A stretch of 41,271 nucleotides of DNA from a virus (taxonomy: Duplodnaviria; Caudoviricetes), in the IMG/VR virus record IMGVR_UViG_3300017778_002899, positions 1-41,271 of that record; one strand, written 5' to 3'. The notes under the pieces are model-generated. The model worked only from the letters and a program-made list of their open reading frames with translations. It did not search any database and was not told the DNA's origin. Each line of letters opens with the position of its first letter. Within the stretch, counting starts at the first letter, position 1. The position numbers and the translations under genes are program-made. Shown here in pieces: positions 26,527-34,840 of the stretch.

Positions 26527-27168
26527 TTAAGTTCCTGCAGTACCAACACCAGAAACAATAGATCCAGCCAAACGTGCCACTTGTGCACCAACGCCAGAAC
26601 CCAAGGGAGTCTGCACTGCGTTGTCAAAACGTACTTGCATGGTAATTGTCACTGCTTCGCTAGAACCATAGTTCAAATCATTGTAGTTGACCTGATTTAA
26701 GTAGCAACCATAACATTCCCAAGTCTCTAAAATAACAGGCTCAGATGCGCCGTTACCACCGTCAAGTATTTCTAATTTAGTCAAGAACTTGTAATCAATA
26801 CCAGCGGCAGCACTTGCTTGTTCAGAGAAGTCCAACTGCTTTTGCAATTGTTGACCAACCAAACGTGCAACTTCACCAGAAGCATCGTCACGCAAGTTAA
26901 CAGTAAGCATGTCCCAAGTATGCTTACCAGCCAAATACATGCGGCTGTTGTAAATTTCAATTGGAATCTCATCAAATGTTACTGATGGACGAGTAAAGTC
27001 AATCACTTGTTTGGTAAGTTCAGTTGTTGGGGTAGCGCCTTGAGCTCCAAAATTCTCAAACATCACTCGAAAGCGATATTTGAGTTTTGGCATTAGCAAC
27101 CCTTGAGTTGACGAGCTCTGATCGCTTGCCAAGGGCACTGTCATTCTTGTTAATGATGAAACAGCCAT
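26527..27168 (-). CDS. 19: Tail tube protein (gp19-like)
   Basis: PKLKYRFRV, YNSRMYLAGKHTW, ETWECYGCY, LNYGSSE..TITMQVRFD; follows sheath; ATAAATA box and AGGAGA SD. Confidence 0.88.
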   Translation of the reverse strand: MAVSSLTRMTVPLASDQSSSTQGLLMPKLKYRFRVMFENFGAQGATPTTELTKQVIDFTRPSVTFDEIPIEIYNSRMYLAGKHTWDMLTVNLRDDASGEVARLVGQQLQKQLDFSEQASAAAGIDYKFLTKLEILDGGNGASEPVILETWECYGCYLNQVNYNDLNYGSSEAVTITMQVRFDNAVQTPLGSGVGAQVARLAGSIVSGVGTAGT

Positions 27169-27201
27169 GTGTTATCTCCTATATACGTTATTTATGCTCG
27201 A

Positions 27202-30200
27202 TCAAACACCAGCTGATGTAGCAACTTGCCCTGAAGCAATCTCACCAGTGTTCTTGAGACGTACTGGTATGTAGATGAATTCAACAGCTTTCACAGGCTC
27301 AATAGCAATGTCCATGTATAGTTCATTTCTATCGATACGAGCCGGAGTGTTGTTGCTTAAATCACACACAATCAAGTAATCATAGATACCACGTTTAGCA
27401 ACCAAATCTAACATTAGTCCATCAACAGCATTGGTGAACTGATTGCGAGTAATCTGGTCGTTGGGTTCAAATATAAATGTGCTACCAATTTGTTCAAGTC
27501 TTGCACGGATATAAGCAACCAAACGTGCCACGTTGATACGATCCAACGAGCTAGAAACCGCAGACTCAGTTTTATTACCATAGTTAGTGATACCAACACC
27601 AGGAATAAACGTAATTGGGTTGATCTTGTTAGTGTACAACACATCACGTAGGCCTTGCCCAGTAGCAATAGTATTAAACTCGCCTGTTTGTGCATTGATG
27701 TAACCAATTGAAATAGCGTTATCAATAACACCGCGGCGCACACCAGCTGGGGCTAACCAAGGATACGCAACTTCGTCACTTCGAACAATAGTGCGCAACA
27801 TCATGTGGCTTGGTGGTTGTACCACCACTGAACCGGACAAATCAGTCGTTTGGCAGCTTGGATAGAACACGCCCACGTATGGGTCACTCAATGTCAATCC
27901 ATCGCCTGTTGCAAATCCTAGACCGCTGGCGTTGGTTGCCCAGGCAACAACATCAGTACCAGTTGGGTTCAAACGCATTGGAGTATCACCAATAATAAAT
28001 GCAGTGTTGTTTCGTTCGTTGTTGAGTGCCACCATGTTAGTGATCAACTCAGGATATTGAGGGCAAGCAATCAAATTGAACTCGTTTTGCTCTTCTCTCA
28101 GTGTTTCTGATGTGTCAATTGCTGATTTCAGTGCGGCAACAATAAGTTGACGTTGCGACAAGCGACCCATGTATGGTGAACCATCAGCACGGTTGCCGGC
28201 AGCAGTTACCCAGGCATTGGTTTCCAACACACTCCAGTACGCAGTGTTTGTTGGCAAGTGGGCAGTGCCGGCAGCAATAGCAATGTAGATAATACCTTCG
28301 TACAACACCAAATTGTTCACAGAGTATGTTGTGGCGTTGCTGTATGAATCAACTGAGAAGTCTGTGCCGTTGAAATAGTCAACTTGGAAGCTCTTTACGT
28401 TGAAACCACTACGACGAGTGTTCCACAGCAACATGCCTTCAGGATATAGGCCAGGATCTGGTGCGTCTAAGTCAGTGTAGCTACTGGTCAGTAAACTAGT
28501 GATTGTTGGAAAGTTATCAGTAATTGGGTCGGTTGTACCATTTGACGCCCAACGAGCATCGGCAAACAATACACCATTTGATGTTGTTTGATCAATGTTG
28601 GAAATAGTCACCCACTGACTTACGCCATCAACCAATTCCCAACGTTTGATAATAGGGTATAGTTCAAGATTGCTGGTGTCAATCCACAAGTCACCGTAGA
28701 CCAAATCAGTATCATCACTTTGTAGCAATGGTGCTGTGGCTGAAATTTGAGGACCAGCTGGGTCAGTTTGAGTTAGATCATAACCACGGATATCCAAGTC
28801 TACTGTTTTGTATCCAGCCCAGGCGCCATCGCTTTGTATCATGATATCAGCTTGGTTTGTGGCCGAGTAGTACCATAAACGTCCGTCTACAGGATCAAGG
28901 CTTGGTGCACTTGCGGCTGCTGTGTATGTTAATGGAACCCAGTTGCTCAACAACAATGAACCAGTTTGTGTGCCAGTACCGTTTGTTACGCCAGTGATGG
29001 CATTTGTGATATAGCAGGCAGTTGTGCCAGTAATTGGAGTACCTATTGTTTCGTCAAGCACAATCAATCCACCTAGAGCGTGTGTAAACACAATTGCGCC
29101 ATCACTATCAACTGATGCTGATACATTAGGAACTGCGGCTAGCGATACTGCTGTTACAAAATTAGCGGCTGTTGTGCCATTGATAGTGGCAGACACAGGA
29201 GTTGTCAACGTAGTGCTATTAGCTACACTTGCAGAAATGGTAAATCTGTTTCCATTAATAAACACCGGGTTAGTGTTTGCACCAGTAATAACTGTGGCGC
29301 CTGCAACAGCACGTTCGTAAACTTTGAATGTTCCAGTGTTGTTGTATTCAGCTAGTCCATTTAATTCAGGATCAGTATTGTACTGAACATATAATGCACC
29401 AGCTGCAATGTTTTTGCCACCACCAGCTGGGTCAAGTGCTTTGTTGGCGCTTTGATCATTTTCATAGATAGGTGCGCTTTGTGTTACAAATGCACCCAGT
29501 ACAGAACTATATTCTTTGACAACAATGTTAGCACCAGAATTCACAGCAGTCAACATATTCCACACGGAACCTGTGGGACGTGGTTGAGTTTGTGTGCTAC
29601 CCCAACGTGGAACAGTGTAGTTAGGACTCTGTTGCAACTGAGGAGTGTAGTATGAATTAGCAGTAATGCCCAATGCTGTTAGCAATGCACTGGTGCTATC
29701 TGTACCAATTTGCACAACGCCGCCATCAGCAGTGGATCCATCGCTGGTTCCTTCGCTATCAACAAAAATGTTTAATCGACTGCTAGAATCAGCTGTGGCA
29801 GTTACACCAGGAATTGATGCAGAAACAATGGCGGAGGCTAAGTTTGTAACATAATTGTTGGGTGATACTGGAACGCTAACCGTAGTTCCGTTAATAACAA
29901 TGCTACCAGCAGGTAATGTACTTGTTGCAGATACTGTGCCTTGCACTGTGGGCCAAGACAATTTCCAAGCATCAGATCCCACCAAGACCCAAACGTTGCT
30001 AGAATTTTTGTAATAGATGGGGTTGTTGGCATTTGTAGCAACCACAGCATAATCACCAATACTACCCACGCTGGTGCTAGGAGCGCCAGATGTGAGTTGT
30101 GTGGTGCTGGTAATTACAATGGGAGTCTGTGCAGTAAATGCCGCTGTAGTAGCGTTCCACTGGAACACACCCCAAGAAGTAGTAGAAGTGTCTAGCCAAT

Positions 30201-30603
30201 AAGTGCCGTCAGTGGGCGAACCCAAAGGACGTGTTAAACTGGCTGTGAGTTCAGCTAAATCAATGTCAGCACGTTGGATGTATGCTCTGTTGGAAATGCC
30301 CAAAACAGAGAACGCTGCCAACAAACCGTATTCGTTAAGCTCGTAACCATTGATTGGTGTACCCGCAGATGTCTTGTAAAAGAACGGGTTACCAAATGTA
30401 GATGCCAAATCTCGTTGGCTTGTTACAAGATAAACTTTACCTGCATTAACAGCCAGGGTGCCGGCTGCAACGCCGGTACCAGTACCGGAAATTTTATTCT
30501 GCGCTGTGGCTAACAGAATGTAGGGTACCGAGTTGGTAGAGGCTGGAATGTAGTTTGACTCATCAATGATGGTGACTTCTACGCCGGGAGATACTAGTGC
30601 CAT
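27202..30603 (-). CDS. 18: Tail sheath protein (gp18-like) with large insertions
   Basis: LVSPGVEVTIIDES N-terminus; PWLAPAGVRRG, LYTNKINPI, LDRINVARL, FEPND, PVKAVEFIYI C-terminus; 1133 aa. Confidence 0.95.
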   Translation of the reverse strand: MALVSPGVEVTIIDESNYIPASTNSVPYILLATAQNKISGTGTGVAAGTLAVNAGKVYLVTSQRDLASTFGNPFFYKTSAGTPINGYELNEYGLLAAFSVLGISNRAYIQRADIDLAELTASLTRPLGSPTDGTYWLDTSTTSWGVFQWNATTAAFTAQTPIVITSTTQLTSGAPSTSVGSIGDYAVVATNANNPIYYKNSSNVWVLVGSDAWKLSWPTVQGTVSATSTLPAGSIVINGTTVSVPVSPNNYVTNLASAIVSASIPGVTATADSSSRLNIFVDSEGTSDGSTADGGVVQIGTDSTSALLTALGITANSYYTPQLQQSPNYTVPRWGSTQTQPRPTGSVWNMLTAVNSGANIVVKEYSSVLGAFVTQSAPIYENDQSANKALDPAGGGKNIAAGALYVQYNTDPELNGLAEYNNTGTFKVYERAVAGATVITGANTNPVFINGNRFTISASVANSTTLTTPVSATINGTTAANFVTAVSLAAVPNVSASVDSDGAIVFTHALGGLIVLDETIGTPITGTTACYITNAITGVTNGTGTQTGSLLLSNWVPLTYTAAASAPSLDPVDGRLWYYSATNQADIMIQSDGAWAGYKTVDLDIRGYDLTQTDPAGPQISATAPLLQSDDTDLVYGDLWIDTSNLELYPIIKRWELVDGVSQWVTISNIDQTTSNGVLFADARWASNGTTDPITDNFPTITSLLTSSYTDLDAPDPGLYPEGMLLWNTRRSGFNVKSFQVDYFNGTDFSVDSYSNATTYSVNNLVLYEGIIYIAIAAGTAHLPTNTAYWSVLETNAWVTAAGNRADGSPYMGRLSQRQLIVAALKSAIDTSETLREEQNEFNLIACPQYPELITNMVALNNERNNTAFIIGDTPMRLNPTGTDVVAWATNASGLGFATGDGLTLSDPYVGVFYPSCQTTDLSGSVVVQPPSHMMLRTIVRSDEVAYPWLAPAGVRRGVIDNAISIGYINAQTGEFNTIATGQGLRDVLYTNKINPITFIPGVGITNYGNKTESAVSSSLDRINVARLVAYIRARLEQIGSTFIFEPNDQITRNQFTNAVDGLMLDLVAKRGIYDYLIVCDLSNNTPARIDRNELYMDIAIEPVKAVEFIYIPVRLKNTGEIASGQVATSAGV

Positions 30604-30704
30604 ATTTGCATCCTCATAAAATAATGTTACTAATATTTACCGAACCCGGTGAAATAACACGGAGTTGCGATGCCTATATATAGGTTTTGATGATAAATAT
30701 CAGT

Positions 30705-31049
30705 ATGAGACCCTTATGTGACGTATGCAAATCCAATCCACGTGCAGTGGCCTATCACAAGTATGACCGAATTTATTATAGATCCCAATGTAACATTTGC
30801 CTTCGTAAAGGACGCAAACTAAAAGCACAAGTCCCAAGATGGAAAATTGCTGGATACAAGAAAAAACCCACATGTGATCGATGTGGGTTTAAAGCAAGAC
30901 ACCATAGTCAATTAACAGTGTTTCATGTAGATGGAAATCTCAACAGTTGTGAGTTGATAAATCTCAAAACAGTGTGTTTAAATTGTATGCAAGAGATCAC
31001 ACGATTAGATCTTACTTGGCGTCGTGGAGATCTTGAACCAGATTATTGA
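30705..31049 (+). CDS. HNH-like zinc-binding protein
   Basis: CDVC, CNIC, CDRCGF, VFHVDGNLNS...NLKTVCLNC. Start reassigned to ATG 30705, 5 nt after ATAAATA. Confidence 0.7.
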   Translation: MRPLCDVCKSNPRAVAYHKYDRIYYRSQCNICLRKGRKLKAQVPRWKIAGYKKKPTCDRCGFKARHHSQLTVFHVDGNLNSCELINLKTVCLNCMQEITRLDLTWRRGDLEPDY

Positions 31050-31644
31050 TCTGTGTAAACAAGTCTTCAAGGGTGCTGTTGTTATCTAGCACATAATCAA
31101 ACTCAGTATCAACCCATGATGTTTCGCTGGCATGAATATTATGGGAATCTAACACAGCCTGTGCATCCATGTTGCCTTGATTTGCTTTTACTGCAATATT
31201 GTACCACCAGGGTTCTTCTCCCCTAGCAACACGAATCACATAGCCGCCACTTTGTTGGATTCCCCGAATTTCGTTAGGGAATCTACAGTCGCTGATGACC
31301 ACATTGTCTTGGCTATTACGCAGTTTGTTTTCCAAGCTGGCGATCCAAAGATCATCATGAAAATGGTTACGTAGGATATTGGTGCCCCAGTATTGTAGAA
31401 TCCATCTTGGGGTTAGATTGGGCATGTTTAATCGTTCTGCCCACCAAGGATCAACTTGCTCGCGCCACTCGCGACTCTGTTTGGTACGCCCCTCAATCAA
31501 GGTACGATCCCACCCAAACACCAGGCTCACGGCATCTTTAAGAGTACTTGCAAAACTGTCGCGCCTAAACTCATGCACATTCATCAAGTAGTCTGCTACT
31601 GTATCTTTACCTGAACCGATAAATCCACACACCCCAATAATCAT
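31012..31644 (-). CDS. Deoxynucleoside monophosphate kinase (T4 gp1-like)
   Basis: IIGVCGFIGSGKDT, SFASTLKD, TPRWILQYWGT, VVISDCRFPNE, HASE. Confidence 0.92.
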   Translation of the reverse strand: MIIGVCGFIGSGKDTVADYLMNVHEFRRDSFASTLKDAVSLVFGWDRTLIEGRTKQSREWREQVDPWWAERLNMPNLTPRWILQYWGTNILRNHFHDDLWIASLENKLRNSQDNVVISDCRFPNEIRGIQQSGGYVIRVARGEEPWWYNIAVKANQGNMDAQAVLDSHNIHASETSWVDTEFDYVLDNNSTLEDLFTQINNLVQDLHDAK

Positions 31645-32171
31645 ACCAACTCCTTGACATTAAGATACTCTAAAGTATCCCATAACAACAAGATTTGCCT
31701 GCGACAATCTTCTAGTGCATGGTGACTTGCTGGATATTTGTTAAGTCCAGGACACAAACTGTACACAGTACGAGCATCACGAACAACATAAAACTGCCAG
31801 GGCAAAGCAATATTATAGCTCTTGTAAGCATGCTCTAGGATGTTGGCGTCAAATGTAGGGCCGTTTGCCCAGAAACGTCGGCTATGCCAGATATGTTTGG
31901 CAAGTTCCTGAAGTGCCTGTTCCAAGGGAATTCTGCCCTCTTCACCAAATGCTTCTTCTTGTGCTTCGGGTGGTTGAGTTGCCCACCATGCAATAGTATC
32001 ATCCTGCACCCTGCGGTCAGGTTGACTACCGGGATCAACCCTGGCATAGTAACTTCGCATGGATGTGAAATCCTCACGTTCAAGGGGATTAAAACACTGT
32101 GCGGCAATGGTGAGAATACAGGCTTCTGGGCCTGTGCCGCAAGTTTCAATGTCAATCATAATGTCTGCCAT
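31641..32171 (-). CDS. DEDDh 3'-5' exonuclease (DexA/Rv2179c-like)
   Basis: IMIDIET, WANGPTFD, RDART, HHALEDC. Confidence 0.88.
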   Translation of the reverse strand: MADIMIDIETCGTGPEACILTIAAQCFNPLEREDFTSMRSYYARVDPGSQPDRRVQDDTIAWWATQPPEAQEEAFGEEGRIPLEQALQELAKHIWHSRRFWANGPTFDANILEHAYKSYNIALPWQFYVVRDARTVYSLCPGLNKYPASHHALEDCRRQILLLWDTLEYLNVKELV

Positions 32172-32206
32172 ACTGTAAGTATAACAGAATTTTAGATAAT
32201 AGTCTA
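32169..32206 (-). promoter_or_regulatory. sigma70-type promoter 6 nt upstream of the exonuclease ATG (probably leaderless)
   Basis: TAGACT-17 nt-TATACT with extended TGn, then TACAGT-ATG; no SD. Confidence 0.6.
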
Positions 32207-32213
32207 CAGTAGG

Positions 32214-32975
32214 TTAGCCGATTACAAAAGTAAGTGGCTGTGATCCGTCCACGTAGAGCTTGAGATCTTCTATGCCTCTATCCATCATGGCCTGGCCTTC
32301 TGCTTTCATTTGAGCACCATTTAATGTGCCGCCACCTTGTGGTCCAGCAATGGTTCCAAACTTTTCACGTGCCTCACCGATGATATATTTGGATGCACCC
32401 ACCATGTAATCACGTATCCATTGGCTGATTTGAAAATCACTTAGCAACACAATTTCTGGACGTAGATTATAAGTCCACAACAATACCACTTCATCATTGC
32501 CTTTTGGATCACGTATTAGCTGTAGTTTTTTGGTCACTGGATTCCAAGTATAGTTAATATAGCCGCCAAACATACGTGCCGCAAGTTCTACATATTGCTG
32601 ATAAAAGTCATACGTGGCCATACCGCCAGAAGCTGAGTTAAAATTTAGCAAATACACATTAAGAGTTGCCGCACCAAATGGATCAAAACTGTAACCGCCG
32701 GTGCCTGCTACGCCAATTGTTCTACGAAAAATTTGACGTACTTGTGTTACTTCCTGGGGTAATGTGTAGACGTTAACGTTGTTTTGCAGTTCCATGAAGA
32801 TGTAGCTTTCTTCATATGCGTTTTGAGAACGTTGGCGATAAGTGCCTACTGTGCGCTGGTATGCGGCTTCATAATGTGAAGGATCCAACTCGATGTCAAC
32901 AATTTGATCACCAAGTTGGAGTTGTACATATTCTATCAGTTGCTTTTTTAGCGGGTCTAGTGTTTGGTCTGCCAT
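32214..32975 (-). CDS. Neck/head-tail adaptor protein (gp13-like)
   Basis: LGDQIVDIELD, YTLPQEV..V, WIRDY...K...GEAREKF...GPQGGGTLNG..MKAEG. Confidence 0.82.
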   Translation of the reverse strand: MADQTLDPLKKQLIEYVQLQLGDQIVDIELDPSHYEAAYQRTVGTYRQRSQNAYEESYIFMELQNNVNVYTLPQEVTQVRQIFRRTIGVAGTGGYSFDPFGAATLNVYLLNFNSASGGMATYDFYQQYVELAARMFGGYINYTWNPVTKKLQLIRDPKGNDEVVLLWTYNLRPEIVLLSDFQISQWIRDYMVGASKYIIGEAREKFGTIAGPQGGGTLNGAQMKAEGQAMMDRGIEDLKLYVDGSQPLTFVIG

Positions 32976-33001
32976 TAGGGACTCCAGTCCCTAATATTTA
33001 C
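32973..33001 (-). promoter_or_regulatory. TAAATA late box plus perfect hairpin covering the SD and start codon of the gp13-like gene
   Basis: Minus strand GTAAAT-ATTAGGGACT-GG-AGTCCCTAAT-G; arms 32995-32986 and 32983-32974 are exact complements. Confidence 0.8.
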
Positions 33002-34131
33002 CAACTCTTTAAGATGATCAAGTTCTCTGTGCCACGTCCGTTAAACGGTGTTTCTGTGGTGGTCAAGTCCTTGTAGATCTTCCTTGCGGCTGGCTTGCCT
33101 GCGGCACCCATGAGCTTCAGAATATCTGCTGGTTTGCGTAGAGTTTTTTGCTGACTTTCCACTGTACTAAACCCAATAATTGAGTTTGACTTTACTGTAA
33201 ATGCCTGTGCATGACTGTCTGCCACGAGGTGTATTAGCTTGCGCTTCTTGGTGTCGTACAACCAGGCTTCTGATTTGTCCACTAGGCTAGCGGCAGGCAA
33301 TCCTTTGAGTTTGAGTTCTGCAAAGTCCACAATGTGTTTGAACTTAGCGGCACGTTTCTCTGGTGGCACTGCCTTGACCTTGCGTGGCTTGCGCTCAACC
33401 TTTTTAATCTGTACATAGGCACCACAGTCCGAAATCACAAGCTCACAGAACTTTACGCAATTCTTTAACTGTATTTTAGAAAGGTAGCCGTAGCCCTGTA
33501 CCAAATCTGCATCTTTACCAGCCACTGCCTCATCAAACTCTGACAACTTGCGTGTCCAAATTTGTTTGATGTCATTTACCATTTGTGGGGCAATGTTTAG
33601 ACTGCGCATGAGTACCACGGGTTTGTAGTCTGCAGTGAGTTTGGCACCTTCTTCAATAAAGTCGTCAAACAAGCCATCTAGTTCACCTGCACATTCTGAT
33701 ACCTTTTCCCGTAGCCTGTCCTGAATGGTAACTCTTGGCACAGAATCATCCGCTGTCACTTCTTTTATCTCGGTTTGCTTGGATTCCAGTATTTCTCGAA
33801 GCAAGTTATCTAGCTTGATCTGTTCATGATCGTTGAGCTCTAGTCCCACCATGCTCATACGGCACAGCCATCCTGTTGTGAGTCGTATCGAACTATCAGG
33901 AATTTGCTTAAGAGTGCGCACATCGTCTTTGCGGTCATGTGTTTCCAAGTAGTTTACAATCATGTCACGTGCATCTTTTTTGCCGTAAAAGTAGTTGTAC
34001 CAGGAGAACGCCTGACTAAAGGCACTGATGCGATTGTTGGTGGGCTGGGTGCGCCATGTGGGTTCCATGCCCAAGGCGTTGGTATCCGCACTACGTGGAT
34101 TTAGGGGTTTAACGGGCTTAGTTGCGATCAT
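32998..34131 (-). CDS. Hypothetical protein, basic C-terminal domain
   Basis: 377-aa ORF with AGGA SD; no motif recognised. Confidence 0.8.
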   Translation of the reverse strand: MIATKPVKPLNPRSADTNALGMEPTWRTQPTNNRISAFSQAFSWYNYFYGKKDARDMIVNYLETHDRKDDVRTLKQIPDSSIRLTTGWLCRMSMVGLELNDHEQIKLDNLLREILESKQTEIKEVTADDSVPRVTIQDRLREKVSECAGELDGLFDDFIEEGAKLTADYKPVVLMRSLNIAPQMVNDIKQIWTRKLSEFDEAVAGKDADLVQGYGYLSKIQLKNCVKFCELVISDCGAYVQIKKVERKPRKVKAVPPEKRAAKFKHIVDFAELKLKGLPAASLVDKSEAWLYDTKKRKLIHLVADSHAQAFTVKSNSIIGFSTVESQQKTLRKPADILKLMGAAGKPAARKIYKDLTTTETPFNGRGTENLIILKSW

Positions 34132-34139
34132 AATATTCC

Positions 34140-34424
34140 TTACTTAGTTCTGGGCAAGTGTTTTACAGCGTCAAAAAGCCTGGCGGCACGGGTAACGTCA
34201 AAATTCTTGTGCTTGTACATCCAGGCTTTTTTGCGTTCTGCTGTTTCCAGTGCTTCTGCCAGGCGCCATTTAGTGTTGAAGTCCACTGTCATTATTATAC
34301 TGCTCATGTCCACAATGTCAAGAGCATACTCTACCCACTTTTCTGTGGCTTTTATTGTGTCATAGGGCGTAAATCCCTTGCCTTTTGGGCCTGTGTACTT
34401 TGTTAAAAAGTTAGCGGCTTTCAT
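34140..34424 (-). CDS. Small hypothetical early protein
   Basis: 94 aa; AGGAG SD and consensus sigma70 promoter upstream. Confidence 0.75.
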   Translation of the reverse strand: MKAANFLTKYTGPKGKGFTPYDTIKATEKWVEYALDIVDMSSIIMTVDFNTKWRLAEALETAERKKAWMYKHKNFDVTRAARLFDAVKHLPRTK

Positions 34425-34452
34425 AACATACTCCTAGAGTGGTTAAGCATGT

Positions 34453-34488
34453 ATTATAGCAGTGATTGATTTTGCTGTCAATCACTGC
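34453..34488 (-). promoter_or_regulatory. Consensus sigma70 promoter overlapped by an 11-bp inverted repeat
   Basis: TTGACA (34481-34476)-17 nt-TATAAT (34458-34453); GCAGTGATTGA-8 nt-TCAATCACTGC at 34459-34488. Confidence 0.88.
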
Positions 34489-34502
34489 CAAATGTGTTGT
34501 TT

Positions 34503-34760
34503 TTAGAACACCGTGCCTCGAAACTGCTCGTAATCATAAAATGCTACTAAAGTTTTACCTCGAAAATACACTGTGATACCGCCTAAATCGTCACGCATGT
34601 CGTAGCTGGTGAGTTCGGTGATGATGGCGTCGGCACGGGCCTCAAGCTGATCCATTTTATCACCCTCGCCTGCACTGTAGCTTTGCATGGCTTCGGCCTC
34701 GTAATCTAAGGTGTAAACTTTAGTATTATTAATTTGTTTTGACTGTGCACTGGTAAGCAT
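34503..34760 (-). CDS. Small hypothetical early protein
   Basis: 85 aa; AAGGAG SD and near-consensus sigma70 promoter upstream. Confidence 0.75.
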   Translation of the reverse strand: MLTSAQSKQINNTKVYTLDYEAEAMQSYSAGEGDKMDQLEARADAIITELTSYDMRDDLGGITVYFRGKTLVAFYDYEQFRGTVF

Positions 34761-34786
34761 GTGGGCTCCTTTGTTGTTAAGCCATA

Positions 34787-34815
34787 ATTATAGCAGTTTG
34801 GGTATTTCTGGTCAA
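34787..34815 (-). promoter_or_regulatory. Near-consensus sigma70 promoter
   Basis: TTGACC (34815-34810)-17 nt-TATAAT (34792-34787); shares ACTGCTATAAT...GCTTAAC with the 34453 promoter. Confidence 0.8.
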
Positions 34816-34825
34816 CCTAATTATC

Positions 34826-34833
34826 TATAAATA
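34826..34833 (+). promoter_or_regulatory. T4-type late promoter TATAAATA
   Basis: Exact T4 late consensus, 7 nt (CTGCACT) before ATG 34841. Confidence 0.8.
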
Positions 34834-34840
34834 CTGCACT

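Noticed and set aside
30673-30684. 12-bp palindrome CCTATATATAGG between divergent genes
   Set aside because: Low-complexity TA core and single occurrence; cannot be told from chance.
30705-31049. HNH ORF as a mobile homing endonuclease
   Set aside because: Short, own late-type box, terminal His replaced (CLNCM); no sign of insertion. Kept as an ordinary CDS.
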